From contig NW_027361672.1 in NCBI RefSeq assembly GCF_039654945.1, positions 23,746,001 to 23,810,000 on the forward strand: a stretch of 64,000 nt of DNA. Direction: 5' to 3'. The stretch comes from Dendrobates tinctorius (Eukaryota). Below the pieces are notes generated by a model. The model did not search any database. It saw nothing but the letters and a program-made list of their open reading frames with translations, and was not told where the DNA came from. The position numbers and the translations under genes were made by a program. Below are positions 15,901 through 28,800 of the stretch, piece by piece (the stretch's first letter is position 1; each line of letters starts with the position of its first letter).

Positions 15901-18566
15901 TGTATACACATGTGTACAGTATATATAGAGGGTGCAAACAGGGGAGCAGTGTGATATTATATATGATTATGTGTATACACATGTGTACAGTATATATAGA
16001 GGGTGCAGACAGGGGAGCAGTGGGATATTATATATGATTATGTGTATACACATGTGTACAGTATATATAGAGGGTGCAAACAGGGGAGCAGTGGGATATT
16101 ATATATGATTGTGTGTATACACATGTGTACAGCCGCAGACAGGGGAGCAGTGTGATATTATATATGATTATGTGTATACACATGGGTACAGTATATATAG
16201 AGGGTGCAGACAGGGGAGCAGTGGGATATCATATATGATTATGTGTATACACATGTGTACAGTATATATAGAGGGTGCAGACAGGGGAGCAGTGTGATAT
16301 TATATATGATTACATGTATACACATGGGTACAGGATATATAGAGGGTGCAGACAGGGGAGCAGTGTGATAGTATATATGATTATATGTATACACATGGGT
16401 ACAGGATATATAGAGGGTGCAGACAGGGGAGCAGTGTGATAGTATATATGATTACATGTATACACATGGGTACAGTATATATAGAGGGTGCAGACAGGGG
16501 AGCAGTGTGATATGATATATGATTATGTGTATACACATGGGTACAGTATATATAGAGGGTGCAGACAGGGGAGCAGTGTGATATTATATATGATTGTGTG
16601 TATACACATGTGTACAGCCGCAGACAGGGGAGCAGTGTGATATTATATATGATTATGTGTATACACATGGGTACAGTATATATAGAGGGTGCAGACAGGG
16701 GAGCAGTGGGATATTATATATGATTATATGTATACACATGTGTACAGTATAAATAGAGGGTGCAGACAGGGGAGCAGTGGGATATTATATATGATTATGT
16801 GTATACACATGTGTACAGTATATATAGAGGGTGCAGACAGGGGAGCAGTGGGATATTATATATGATTGTGTGTATACACATGTGTACAGCCGCAGACAGG
16901 GGAGCAGTGTGATATTATATATGATTATGTGTATACACATGGGTACAGTATATATAGAGGGTGCAGACAGGGGAGCAGTGGGATATTATATATGATTATG
17001 TGTATACACATGTGTACAGTATATATAGAGGGTGCAAACAGGGGAGCAGTGGGATATTATATATGATTATGTGTATACACATGGGTACAGTATATATAGA
17101 GGGTGCAGACAGGGGAGCAGTGGGATATTATATATGATTATGTGTATACACATGTGTACAGTATATATAGAGGGTGCAAACAGGGGAGCAGTGTGATATT
17201 ATATATGATTATGTGTATACACATGTGTACAGTATATATAGAGGGTGCAGACAGGGGAGCAGTGGGATATTATATATGATTATGTGTATACACATGTGTA
17301 CAGTATATATAGAGGGTGCAAACAGGGGAGCAGTGGGATATTATATATGATTGTGTGTATACACATGTGTACAGCCGCAGACAGGGGAGCAGTGTGATAT
17401 TATATATGATTATGTGTATACACATGGGTACAGTATATATAGAGGGTGCAGACAGGGGAGCAGTGGGATATCATATATGATTATGTGTATACACATGTGT
17501 ACAGTATATATAGAGGGTGCAGACAGGGGAGCAGTGTGATATTATATATGATTACATGTATACACATGGGTACAGGATATATAGAGGGTGCAGACAGGGG
17601 AGCAGTGTGATAGTATATATGATTATATGTATACACATGGGTACAGGATATATAGAGGGTGCAGACAGGGGAGCAGTGTGATATTATATATGATTGTGTG
17701 TATACACATGTGTACAGCCGCAGACAGGGGAGCAGTGTGATATTATATATGATTATGTGTATACACATGGGTACAGTATATATAGAGGGTGCAGACAGGG
17801 GAGCAGTGGGATATTATATATGATTGTGTGTATACACATGTGTACAGCCGCAGACAGGGGAGCAGTGTGATAGTATATATGATTATGTGTATATTCATGG
17901 GTACAGTATATATAGAGGGTGCAGACAGGGGAGCAGTGGGATATTATATATGATTGTGTGTATACACATGTGTACAGCCGCAGACAGGGGAGCAGTGGGA
18001 TATTATATATGATTGTGTGTATACACATGTGTACAGCCGCAGACAGGGGAGCAGTGTGATAGTATATATGATTATGTGTATACACATGTGTACAGTATAT
18101 ATAGAGGGTGCAGACAGGGGAGCAGTGGGATATTATATATGATTGTGTGTATACACATGTGTACAGCCGCAGACAGGGGAGCAGTGTGATAGTATATATG
18201 ATTATGTGTATACACATGGGTACAGTATATATAGAGGGTGCAGACAGGGGAGCAGTGGGATATTATATATGATTGTGTGTATACACATGTGTACAGCCGC
18301 AGACAGGGGAGCAGTGGGATATTATATATGATTTTGTGTATACACATGTGTACAGCCGCAGACAGGGGAGCAGTGTGATAGTATATATGATTATGTGTAT
18401 ACACATGTGTACAGTATATATAGAGGGTGCAGACAGGGGAGCAGTGGGATATTATATATGATTGTGTGTATACACATGTGTACAGCCGCAGACAGGGGAG
18501 CAGTGGGATATTATATATGATTGTGTGTATACACATGTGTACAGCCGCAGACAGGGGAGCAGTGTG
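12945..18566 (+). repeat. 71-bp satellite array, right part, with a 1242-bp higher-order repeat and the array boundary
   Basis: The same unit resumes in register after the Tc1 and ends abruptly at ...GGGGAGCAGTGTG (18566). Identical variant blocks recur at 14867, 16109 and 17351. Confidence 0.98.
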
Positions 18567-20987
18567 CTGCAATCTTGCCGTCAGTGATATGTAGGAGTCA
18601 TTTGATGCCCGCACACTTTCCCCGCGTTGAGGCAGAACTTTGTGTGAGCTGATGAGACAATAGTAGATAGTGTGTGTGCATTTAATTTAGGCCATACCAC
18701 TGTCCTGCCTGCGGGGGACACCCTGACATACCCTCTGAGCAGATGACTGACAGATCGGGGCTCAGGCCTGTCTCGGGTGTGTGGCACATTACCAGGTGAA
18801 GTGTGTGTGACACTGGGCGCGGTGGGAGCAGGAAGCCCGGGTGAGGAGCGCCGTGTGTGAGCGGAGAGCCCCAGCCGCCAGCGGAGTCCCCTGTGAGACA
18901 GTGGTGCGGTCTCAGTCAATCATGTGCACTTCTTTCTTTATTGCATTCAGTGCATGGTTTCACCTTCAGATTCCTGTTTGTCTGTGTCCTCAATAAAACA
19001 CTCTCCCTTGTGTCCACAGTGGGAGGTAAGTGACAGATGACAGGGGGCTGGCGAGACAAGTTCTTTGGGTGGAAGCAGCAGCCGCTTTATTTAGCATTTG
19101 CATGACTTATAATGGAACTTTGCCTTTTTTTCTGCCAGTCTTTTTTTTTCTCGCGATCGTTTTACTGCATTGAGGACATGGAGTCCTGAGGCAGCCTGAA
19201 TGAGGAGCTGCCTGTATTCTTCCTGGCTACCTAGCCTGATGGCCACATATATAGCTTCGTCATATGGCAGCCTGCTGAGACGGCTACTTCTCCCATTATT
19301 AGGGGCTCTGCTGATCGGAGTGATTGGGAGGGTGCACCGCCTGCTGCTGCTTTTGTCTGCTGGAGATTTCCCATGACTTCTGTATGTGGCCATACACCCA
19401 TCAGAGAAGTGTAGGAGAGGAAGTTGGGGGTGGAGGGCACAGTGCACAGCTACTCTCCACACAGCAAGCCTTCCCTGGACTAGATCGGAGTGGATCCCTA
19501 CTTTATGCTAATGCTCTTTCCTTTTGATCTGAGCCAGATCCACATAAGGATCTAATTGGGGATCTATGTGCTTGGACAAGTTTGGGAAAGTTTGTGGAAA
19601 GCTGACTGGGTGGGGTATTGAAATGGGCTGAGTATGTATGGAGGTTGGTGTAGAATGACAATCAGCCCTTGTTTGCTCCAGCAATCATGTGTCAGGCTCC
19701 TGTATAGGAAAGTGTGGCTGTGTCTTGGAGCCATCGCTGGGTAATGCTGGTTCTAATAAGCCTTCCCCTGGGGAATGGCCGGGTCTGATCACCTATTGTT
19801 TGCTCGTCACTCATGTCATGGCCGTGTAGTTGTATCTAGTAAATAGGAAAGTAGCGCAGGGTGACGATGGAGGGAACCTGTGGCTGTGGTCCATGAGGTG
19901 CTGCCATCTATGTCACCGCTGCCTGTGGCAGACATGTCGGAGAAGCGGGTCTGGGAAGTGCTTACAGATTACAAGATTAACATCTGCTAACATGATCGTT
20001 TATCTCCAGCCAAAAATAGGTCAGTTCCTAAGGAAGCACGATGGCTGGCGCCTGATCATGAAACTGCCCATTACTTGGGGATGGCTGCTTGGGAATTTTC
20101 TTTCTCCTTCTTCTTCTAAATTCCGACATCTTTTGTAGATCGATATAAGGTCAAAGTCCCATTTTGGGCAGAGGCCCACAAGTCCCTTCCCTGTCCCATC
20201 CCCCACTTCTCAGTGCTGCAGTTCACTGTTTCCTGCTCGCAGTGCAGAAACAAAAGGATATACAGAAGAAGAGGTGATTGTGGGGTGTATAGTAGTTAGG
20301 TGGCTGCTGAGGGGCGGGGATGGCCGAGTAGGGCAGATGGAGATTCCTAGGAAGACAGGGCTATGGAGGATGGCAAGCAGCCGAGATTTGCCTATCCCCT
20401 CCCTGAGAGCAGAGGGACAAGGTAGCACACCAATCCGTCTGGGGGCTTAAGTCATTCCAGCCAGAGCTCCCTCCCCAGCAATGGCTTATCTGTATTTACT
20501 TCTCCTGTCACCCATATTCCATGGAACCTGCACAGGAGAGAAGGGGGGACATCCATGGGCACCACAGGTGGCTGTGGCAGGGGAGGAGATGTGTGCTGCA
20601 CTGCTCACACACAGGTGACGCTGCCTCCAATTTTTGGGTGCTGGTGACTTGTAGGCTGGTCATAGTGTTCCAGCCGAGCTAGTGTATGGGGTACTGTGGT
20701 CATATTAACCCCTCCAGTGCCTGAGCATGTTCTTCTTTCTTTGTAAAGTGTCATTGAAATGTGAGGCAGAAACTTGTCAGACACACTGAAAGTTTCGTGG
20801 GGGTTATTAATGTTAAAATGTGTTTGTTTGTTTTTTGTTCGTTTTTTTTTAATCTGCTTGTTCTTATTAAAGTTATGACTTTCTCTGATGTCATTGACAC
20901 ACATGGCATTTTTGTTGGTAACAAGGTAATGGTCCCAACAGGTGTGACAAACTTCTGAAGGTTGTGTGACTTTTTAGAAACCATGCC

Positions 20988-21300
20988 CATAGAATCATAC
21001 AACTGTAGAGTTGGAAGGGACCTCCTGGGCCATCTGGTCCTACCCCCTGCTCAAAGCAGGATTCACTAAATCATCCCAGGCAGATGTCTGTCCAGCCTCT
21101 GTTTGAAGACTTCTATTGAAGGAGAACTCACCACCTCTCATGGCAGCCTGTTCCACTCATTGATCACCCTCACTGTCAAAAAGTTTTTTTCTAATATCTA
21201 ATCTGTGTCTCCTCCCATTGCTTCTAGTCTTTCTTTCTGCAAATGATCCTTCTACAATGTGACAGCCCTTGAGATATTTGTAGACAGCTATTAAGTCTCC
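20988..21300 (-). mobile_element. CR1 LINE 3' fragment
   Basis: Reverse complement matches the CR1 3' end at 62855-63184 (GDLIAVYKYLKGCH..., 3' UTR and ATTCTATG-type tail). Confidence 0.92.
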
Positions 21301-21328
21301 TTTCAGTTGACTCTGGCTATGTTCACTA

Positions 21329-21420
21329 GCCATGACCACATCCCGCAAGACGTGCACGTAGCCATGACCATATTCCGCAAGAAGTGTACGTTGCCATGAC
21401 CATATCCCGCAAGAGGTGTG
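21329..21420 (+). repeat. 32-bp tandem repeat, about 2.8 copies
   Basis: GCCATGACCAYATYCCGCAAGANGTG... occurs three times. Confidence 0.8.
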
Positions 21421-22707
21421 AGCCTTTCATTTTACTTCAAAATGGCACATTATGTACACATTTATTTACAATAACTTTTTAATATCTATGAGGACAGTGT
21501 CACACCCAGGGTTGAAAGAAAAATGCCAATTTATTTTTTTTTTAAAGAAGCTCAATGCTAGTTGTGCTATTTTGGGTGTATTATGCGTGCATATTGCTTT
21601 TTTTTCTACAAAGTCTAGCATGCACTAGGCATGTTTGAGTGAATAACTACATATAATATGTACATAAAAAGTGGGCTTTTTCTTTTTGGTGTTTGTTTTT
21701 TCAGTGTGATCTTTCACATGCCAAAAAAGCCATGTGAAGGATATCCTAATAGGACTGTTGACACTTCCCATTTTTTTAAATGGGGTCATCATATTGGCGT
21801 TCATAAGGTAGCTTTTTTTTTTCCCAGCGTAGTTTCAAAAACTATTTTAGTAAGTGACATGTCACCTACCATATTTAAGTAGTTTCTGTATGGATTCTGA
21901 TCATAAATAAAAGCAGTTAGTGTCGTGTGTGAATTGGGCCCCATAGAATGAAGAGACGTGTAAACTGCAAATCTGGAGCAGAAACCTAGAGGAATTACAT
22001 GTTAGATTTTTCTGGTCTACATTTACTCCTTGTACATAAGAGTACCAGGGTTTACTATAAAAAAACAAACAAAAAAACTCGCTGTATAATTACCTGAAGA
22101 ATTCTTTACTGCTTCTTCTCTGTCGCGGTTTGGTTTCCCCCAGTTCTATGTTCACATGTGTGCATGATGATATGTCATCAATAGGGACATTGTTCAAGCT
22201 ACAAGAGTGGTTTTACCAGTCATGCCCCACTGTATCAATGTCTGGAGCCCACTCCTGTGACTGTATGGAGAGTCAGCAGGTTGTCTTTATTCACTGGAAA
22301 TCCATGTAATGATTTGACTTGGAAAAGGTTTATATATATATATATAGCTATCTCTGTGTCATTAAACTTATTGGCTCCAACCAAAAGAGATATCGCCCTC
22401 CAGAAGGGCTTTTTATACGGAAGATAAACTTTTAAAAACAAGGCATAATTTTTTTTTTTTTTTCTGATTTCATTTCTTTTTTTTTTTTTTTTTACTGTAT
22501 GTTATGGAAACTACACAACAGTATACAATCCTAGCACAGTGGTTGTGGTTTTAGTAATCTCATGCTAGTTTTGCTTTTATTTTTAGAAATTGAGCTGTTT
22601 TGCATATTTTTCAGTCCACTGCATGTCATTCTCACCTATGTAAATAATTAAAATTAATTATGGATTTTCCCCATGGACAATAATGGGCGGTTAAAATCTA
22701 CAATTAA

Positions 22708-23497
22708 AGGGAACCTGTCATCTGTTTTGGCCGCTATAAGATGAGGCCGCTGCCTTTCAGGGCTTATCTACAGCATTCTATAATGCTGTAATAAGCCCCC
22801 GGTCCGACCTGAAAGTTAAGAAAAATAAGTTTTAGGGTGCGTGCTCATGCTGTGGATTCGTCTGCGGACTTTTCTGCGCGGATTTTATCTGCGGATTAGC
22901 CTGCGGTTTTCCCCTGCAGTTTCACACCTCTACAATGGAGCAAGTATGAGACCGCTGCGGATTCCGCACAAATAATTGGCATGCTGCGGATTTGAAACCG
23001 CAGCAAATCCGCGTGAAAAAATCTGGGGCATGTGCACTGCATTTTTTGTCTTTCATTGATTTTAATGGTACTGTACAACGCAGAATCCGCAGCGTGTGCA
23101 CATACCCTTATTATACTCGCCTGGGGGAGCGGTCCAGTCCAATGGGTGTCGCCGGTCCACGTCCGACGCCTCCCATCTTCCTGTGACACTGCCCTCCTGC
23201 TTGCTTCATGGCTCCCCAGCACCACGCTCCTGCGCAGGCGTACTTATCTTCCCTGTTGAGGGCAGAGCAAAGTACTGCAGTGTGCTGGGAAAGATCAGAG
23301 AGGCCCAGCACCTGTGCACTACCATACTTTACTCTGCCCTCAACAGGGAAGTACGCCTGCGCAGGAGCGCGATGCTGGGAGCGATGAAGCAAGCAGGAGG
23401 GCGGTGTCACAGGAAGATGGGAGGTGCCAGACCTGCGACACCCATCGCACCTGGACTGCCCCTCGGATGAGTATAATAAAACATTTTTTTACTTTAA
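22708..23497. mobile_element. Kolobok/T2-type palindromic MITE (right end missing) with a nested Harbinger MITE
   Basis: Starts TTAA|AGGGAACCTGTCA; long internal palindrome at about 23111-23478; homologous to the copy at 45644. Confidence 0.75.
22835..23107. mobile_element. Harbinger-type MITE (CTGCGG-motif family)
   Basis: TIRs GGGTGCGTGCTCATGC / GCGTGTGCACATACCC; TTA on both sides; the host MITE resumes after it. Confidence 0.85.
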
Positions 23498-23843
23498 GGC
23501 TAGGGCTACACGGTGATGTGGAATTCTCAGATACGCCATGCGACAAAAAAAAAAACTTGTACAACTAGTCTGCGCCTTGTTGTCATGCCACTATTTTTGA
23601 GTTGTGATTTTTGCTGTTTTTTTCTCCCCGTTAAATAAAAAAGCCAAATTGCAGTTACATCTGCCTTGCATTACAGTCTATAGCAAGTGAGTTGCATGTG
23701 ATGTGACCGGCGGCAGAGAATCCAACACATTTGGAAACAAGTGCAGCTGTGTCGTAGCTGCCAGAGGTCGCAGCGCGACGCTATAGGAACTCATTAGGTG
23801 CAATGTGATACTGCCATGTTAGTGTCACCGTGTAGTCCTTGAC
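23498..23843. mobile_element. Degenerate Harbinger-type MITE
   Basis: Imperfect TIRs GGCTAGGGCTACACGGTGA / TCACCGTGTAGTCCTTGAC; TAA on the left. Confidence 0.6.
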
Positions 23844-23893
23844 TCGGCCTACACAGTAACTAAAATTTTGTGCATAATTGTTTGCACTTGTTA

Positions 23894-24279
23894 GGCTTCT
23901 TTCACACATCCGTCTGTCACCATCAGTCAAAATCCGCCGTTTTTTTCCCCCATTGGGTTGCATTACCGACGGATGGTCATCCGTTGGACCCGTTTTTATA
24001 CGGATCCGCCAAAACAAGTTGCCCGGACGGACAATGCAACGTTTTTTTGGCCGGCCGGATCCGCATTTTACAGTGTGCATGCCTGGAGGAATTGACTCAG
24101 CTGAAAATTTAACCCTAAACTCTGTTCTGGCGGCTGAAAAAAAAACTCTCTCTCTATCATCCGGATCTGTCAAAATAACGGTCCGGTGACACCCGTTTGT
24201 TCAAATCCGCCAACGGATCCATTTTCCGCCATTTTGACGGATTTTAACTGAGCTAAAAAACGGATGTGTGAAACAGGTC
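23894..24279. mobile_element. Harbinger MITE (GGATCC-motif family, termini like the full-length element)
   Basis: TIRs GGCTTCTTTCACACATCCG / CGGATGTGTGAAACAGGTC; TTA duplication; internal CGGATCC motifs. Confidence 0.88.
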
Positions 24280-24932
24280 TTAGGACGCAGTTTGGGAGCG
24301 GCAGCCATAATGGGGTGGCACCAGTAAGTGGCCAGCTAGACCCAGTACTATATCGCCGGCTCTGTATCCCAGAATCCTAAACTGTGAGCAGATGTGCAAA
24401 TTAGTCGTAAAACAATTAGACGAGTTAATGGTGGACACTGTAACCGTACGGCGAGCAGCATGGAAGAATAAGAAGTGCAGCTCGCCGGCGCAGATCCCTG
24501 AATGCCATGAATAATGACCAGTTCTGCCCAGCACAAAAGGCACATTGAGTGCAGGAATGTCTGTCAGGGCCCATAGCAGCACGTTATATGCAGGCTAATC
24601 CCCCCCCAAACTTCACCCACAAAAAATATATAATCCTTTAGAAATTATTTGGCTTTCATGAAAGCAGCTTAAACCCCCAGGATGTTCCACAAGTGTATGG
24701 CGGCTAATGTGGAGCCTAATGGCAGGTGGGGGGCAGAAGTGTGCCCCCCACATATGAGGGGAATGCAGCCGCATACTAGTCCTCTATTAAATTAGCACAA
24801 GCACTAGATAGTTTCTTGTGTGAGGATTATGCGGACCTCCCCCTGCATGAGAGGCTTATTGTGCTGTGAAGTGAAGAGACAGGCCGGCAGCAATATGTGC
24901 CTGCTCCTCCCATCACTGGAAACTCCAGTCAC

Positions 24933-25410
24933 CCAATAGGAATTCAGCTAGCATACTTCCAGCGCAGGTGAATAAATGTAACAAGCCGCCCGATTGGTCA
25001 TTAATTTTAGGACCTGCGCCGTCTTCCAACTATGACAGGTTTATTGTTATCGGTCTGCTGGGGTGGCCTATCATCAGGTGTCGTTTTACATCACTAGCAC
25101 TGGAAGTAAGACGTCACCTTATTGGTCGCCTGGGAGTATACTGACCAATCAGAAGTCCATAAGACATCAGCTGTTAATAAGAATTCAGCTATCACACGTC
25201 CAGAGCAGGTTATAAAATGTAAGACGCTAATTGACTGGTCAGCAGTAACTTCAAAGGACAAATAAGAATGAATTTATTATATTTCCAGCGCTGGTTGTAA
25301 ACATAAGATGCCAACTGATTGGTCGATAACTTCAGAGGACCAATAAGAATTGTGCTATCATATTTCCAGTGCAGGTTGTAAACGTAAGACGCCACCTGAT
25401 TGGTCGTTAT
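24933..25410 (+). repeat. Degenerate 81-85 bp repeat rich in CCAAT/ATTGG boxes
   Basis: Units of AATAAGAATT...TTCCAG.GCAGGTT.TAAA..TAAGACGCC...TGATTGGTC at about 24933, 25176, 25261 and 25342. Confidence 0.7.
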
Positions 25411-25439
25411 CACTTTATTCAGTGGAGGAGCGCTGTGTT

Positions 25440-25821
25440 ATTTCCTCACACACACCATTGTGACGGTGTTCCCTCCCGTACCTGGCCTGCCTGGGAGCCG
25501 TTGCCGTGCAGTGTCGGGGGGCGGAGCTCCTGCATAGCTGGGCGGCGAGCATGGAGCGGCTCCCCCTCTAGTGAGCGCGTCACTCTGTATACTGGGAGTG
25601 AGAGAGAAGCTCAACAAACAGGCAAAACCCAACTTCTGGCCCCCAACAAAGCCCCGTGCTCCGGCTCCGCTCTCCGTGTGGCCGCTGACACCGGAGCCGC
25701 CACATTTGTGTTGAGAAGTTTCCATTTGCCCTCTCTCCCCGGAGCTGGATGTTGTGGGCAGTGCCAGATGCCAGAGCCGGACCTGCTGTGCCTATACTGG
25801 AGCTGCACTCGCATCCCAGAG
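25440..25821 (+). promoter_or_regulatory. Probable host CpG-rich promoter and first exon
   Basis: Local GC/CpG enrichment not explained by a recognisable TE; GC box GGGGGGCGGAGC at 25516-25527; upstream CCAAT boxes; candidate donor CAGAG|GTAAAT at 25821/25822. Confidence 0.5.
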
Positions 25822-28800
25822 GTAAATACATGGAGAGGAGGAAGTTTGTTGTGGTGCCCAGGGTGCAGGCTGAGGCGTGGCAGCCATGGCTCTCCGGAGG
25901 GGGCACACAATGTATTGTCTTCCCGAGGAGGGAAGGAGGGAGGATCGGCCTGGCCAAGTGCAGGACTAGTGAAAGCCCCTGTGTAACTTTCTACAACAAA
26001 GAGGAGGGAAGCAGCCCCCTATAGTGCTGCCCCCCATGCAGCCTGAATCATTCATGGCCAGCCAGTGCTTATGTGTGGAGATGAATCCGTGACTGGGGGG
26101 GGGCTGCACATCATGCCTCATGTATTGTCTGTGTGACCTCAGCAGCACCTGTGGGGTCATCAGTAAGGAGGCATCCACAGGCTACCTGCAGGGGTCATCG
26201 TGAGAGATCTGGGGTCCTGAGAACGGATTCTGTGCTGTGTTTGGGGCCAATATCTCCCAAATATGTCTGCTGTCACCTATGTGCAGAAGTTGCTGTTACT
26301 TTCTGGAGGGCTCCTGTGACTCTAGGGTCAGGATGTCCTTTGTTAAGAATAATAATCACTTGATATGTTCCCCGTCAAGGCTGGAACTGTACAGAAGTGG
26401 GCAGCTCATCTTACGTCATGTTCCTTTTGTTGTGAAACAACCTTTTATTGCCAGGAATGCCAATCATCTGCATCTAGCCACCCAACATAATGTATATTCA
26501 TTTGTGGATTTCCATATCTGCAGTGAGATCCGTCTTGTTGTGCCACTTTTTCTTTTTTTCCTCTTTCATTCTTATTTTCTCCAGCACTTGTGTACAATTC
26601 ACAATAGCTTTAGTGCCGTAGGGGTTAATGCAGACGCTGCAGCGAAGTTCTTATTAAATAAGCCATGGTGCTGGTAAGAAAAGGGATTTGTCAGTCTGTT
26701 GTGAAATAGCGTTGTTCTCGGCAGAGCTCTTGTGTGTTTGGGTATAACACAATTGCTATTTTCTGGAATGGAGCAGCAGACAATGGCGGGACGCTCAGCG
26801 CCTGGCCCTCTGTTTAGTCTTGGTTCCACAGGTGGTGCTTTGGGTGCACTTCAGCTACCAGGCTGTGACCTTTTTTTTGGCAGGAAGGTACAAATTGAGA
26901 AATCTAGTGAGTTTGCGATTTCACTTTGAAAGCTTGGATTGCTTAGAGTAGTGGGCATGGCAGAAAGTTATTTTAACACCACCCTCTCCGAGAGACTACC
27001 CTCTTTATTACCATGGGACGGGCTTAGTATCCTTGACTTTGGCTTTTTTATGGTTCAGTTGGCTGCTAGCCATTCTAGTAGCCGTGCATCCAATTCAAAT
27101 AGTTGTCAATAGCTACTTGGCTCCTGGGATTTGTTGAGTTTATTTTTTTTTCTTATATCTGATAGTTATTGTAGAACTATATCTTGACGTAAAAGGCATG
27201 CAGGGCGGGACTGTTGTTATGCTTCAACCTGATGAATGTGTTCTCTGCTGCGTCTTTCTTTGTCATCTTTTTTCACATTTGCTTTGTGTTTTCCTCAAAA
27301 AACTTATCAGCTTGTGTTTTCACAGGCTATGTAACTTGCGTGGTAGCAGGCAGTTTTTGATGCAGCATATGTTTGCCAGCAATCGGTCAGACGTGACCCT
27401 GCATTTTGGGACGGCCCAAAGATCAATGAACTCAGACTTAATGATCTTTAGTGCAGCTTGGCCTTATGGCATCTCTTCCTGTAACATGTGTTTGAACATG
27501 TCTCCTCTTATAAATTGGCTTTATATGTTTAGAAGTGTCTGATGTTTTGAGGTGATGTAGTCAACCCTTGAAATTTTGGCATATGTTACATAATCTTGGT
27601 GACTTTTTTTTTTTTTTTTTTTTTTAGGCATTTTTCGATCTAAAAAATATGCACTTGAACTTTAAAATTGGCTGTCAAATTTTGAGACTGTTTTTCTTCA
27701 GAAGTGCAGAAAAATATATTTAGACCTTGCTTGGTGACTTGTGGAATTTGCCATAGGCACATTTCACGTGGATTTGTCAATGAATCCATGGTAGAAATCC
27801 AACGGTAAAATTGGAACAGTCTGCCACTATGCCAGCAGATCCGCATGAGGTTTAGGCATATTGTGATTTGTTGAGGGCTAATCCATGGCTGGAATCCACT
27901 GTCGTAATAAACATGTGAATAGGGTATAAAATGCATGACTGAATCCTCAAGTATTCAAAGTATATAGAAAGGATAATTGTATGTATTGTATTCCCCATTC
28001 ATAAAACTGCATGATTCACAGTATTGCTGTGTAATCAGGCTGCCGATCATTCGATGAAAAAGCAAAGCGCTCATTCATTGGGTGAAATGTCCTTTTTTGC
28101 TCAGCGCAAAAGAAAATCTTCATTCTCGTTGGTGCGTCGTCCTGTGTAAACGGTACTTTCTTTGCTGAGATCAATGGCACTGCGTGATCTATTACATATT
28201 GCTAAGTAGACATCGTTTACTTTGGTCTGCCTGCGTAAACAGGCGTTTAAATGACCACCAAACAGTAAAGATTGGCCGTCTGTTTATGTAAATGGACCCT
28301 TAGTCAAGAATTTATTAAGACTGGTTGAGGCTAGTCATCTTCTCCACTACCTTGACCTGGCAGTTCTTTGAAGCCATATTGGTTGTTAGGTATTTTTTCC
28401 AAAGCTTTGCAAGAAGTTATGTAAGCGCTTTTTTTCTTTTAAACTACTGTAATCATGTCTTACAGGTAGTACGCATTATTTAAAATACATTATTGGAAAT
28501 AGTCAGTATTTAGAGACACTGCTCAGCCTCTCGTGATCCATCTGCTGTTCTATGAAAAGTTTTGGAGTATTGACATCAGAGCTTGATAAATAGACTCCTA
28601 AAATTGTACCTCTGCAGCTGGCGAGCCCTATATCTTGCTTCCATACCTAAATAGGGCTTGTTTTTTCAGCTACTTTCATTACATTGGAGCTGTATGTAAC
28701 AAGATTCAGCTGTGTTTGGCATGTTGCCTTTAATGTGTGACCTAAGCAATATTGTTGAGTGTTATCCCAGCCATTGTTGTGCCCCAGGTGTGGATGTCTC

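Noticed and set aside
1-18566. CRISPR-like repeat-spacer array
   Set aside because: The units are fully repeated with no unique spacers, there are no cas genes, and the context is eukaryotic.
454-18614. Dozens of Tyr/Ile/Cys-rich ORFs in the satellite
   Set aside because: They are translations of the 71-bp unit in shifting frames, with no gene structure.
18565-19035. Solo LTR (TG...AATAAA...CA)
   Set aside because: No target duplication, no second copy and no primer-binding site or polypurine tract found.
25369-25986. 205-aa ORF over the CpG-rich region
   Set aside because: No recognisable domain and a non-ATG start; long ORFs are expected by chance in GC-rich promoter DNA.
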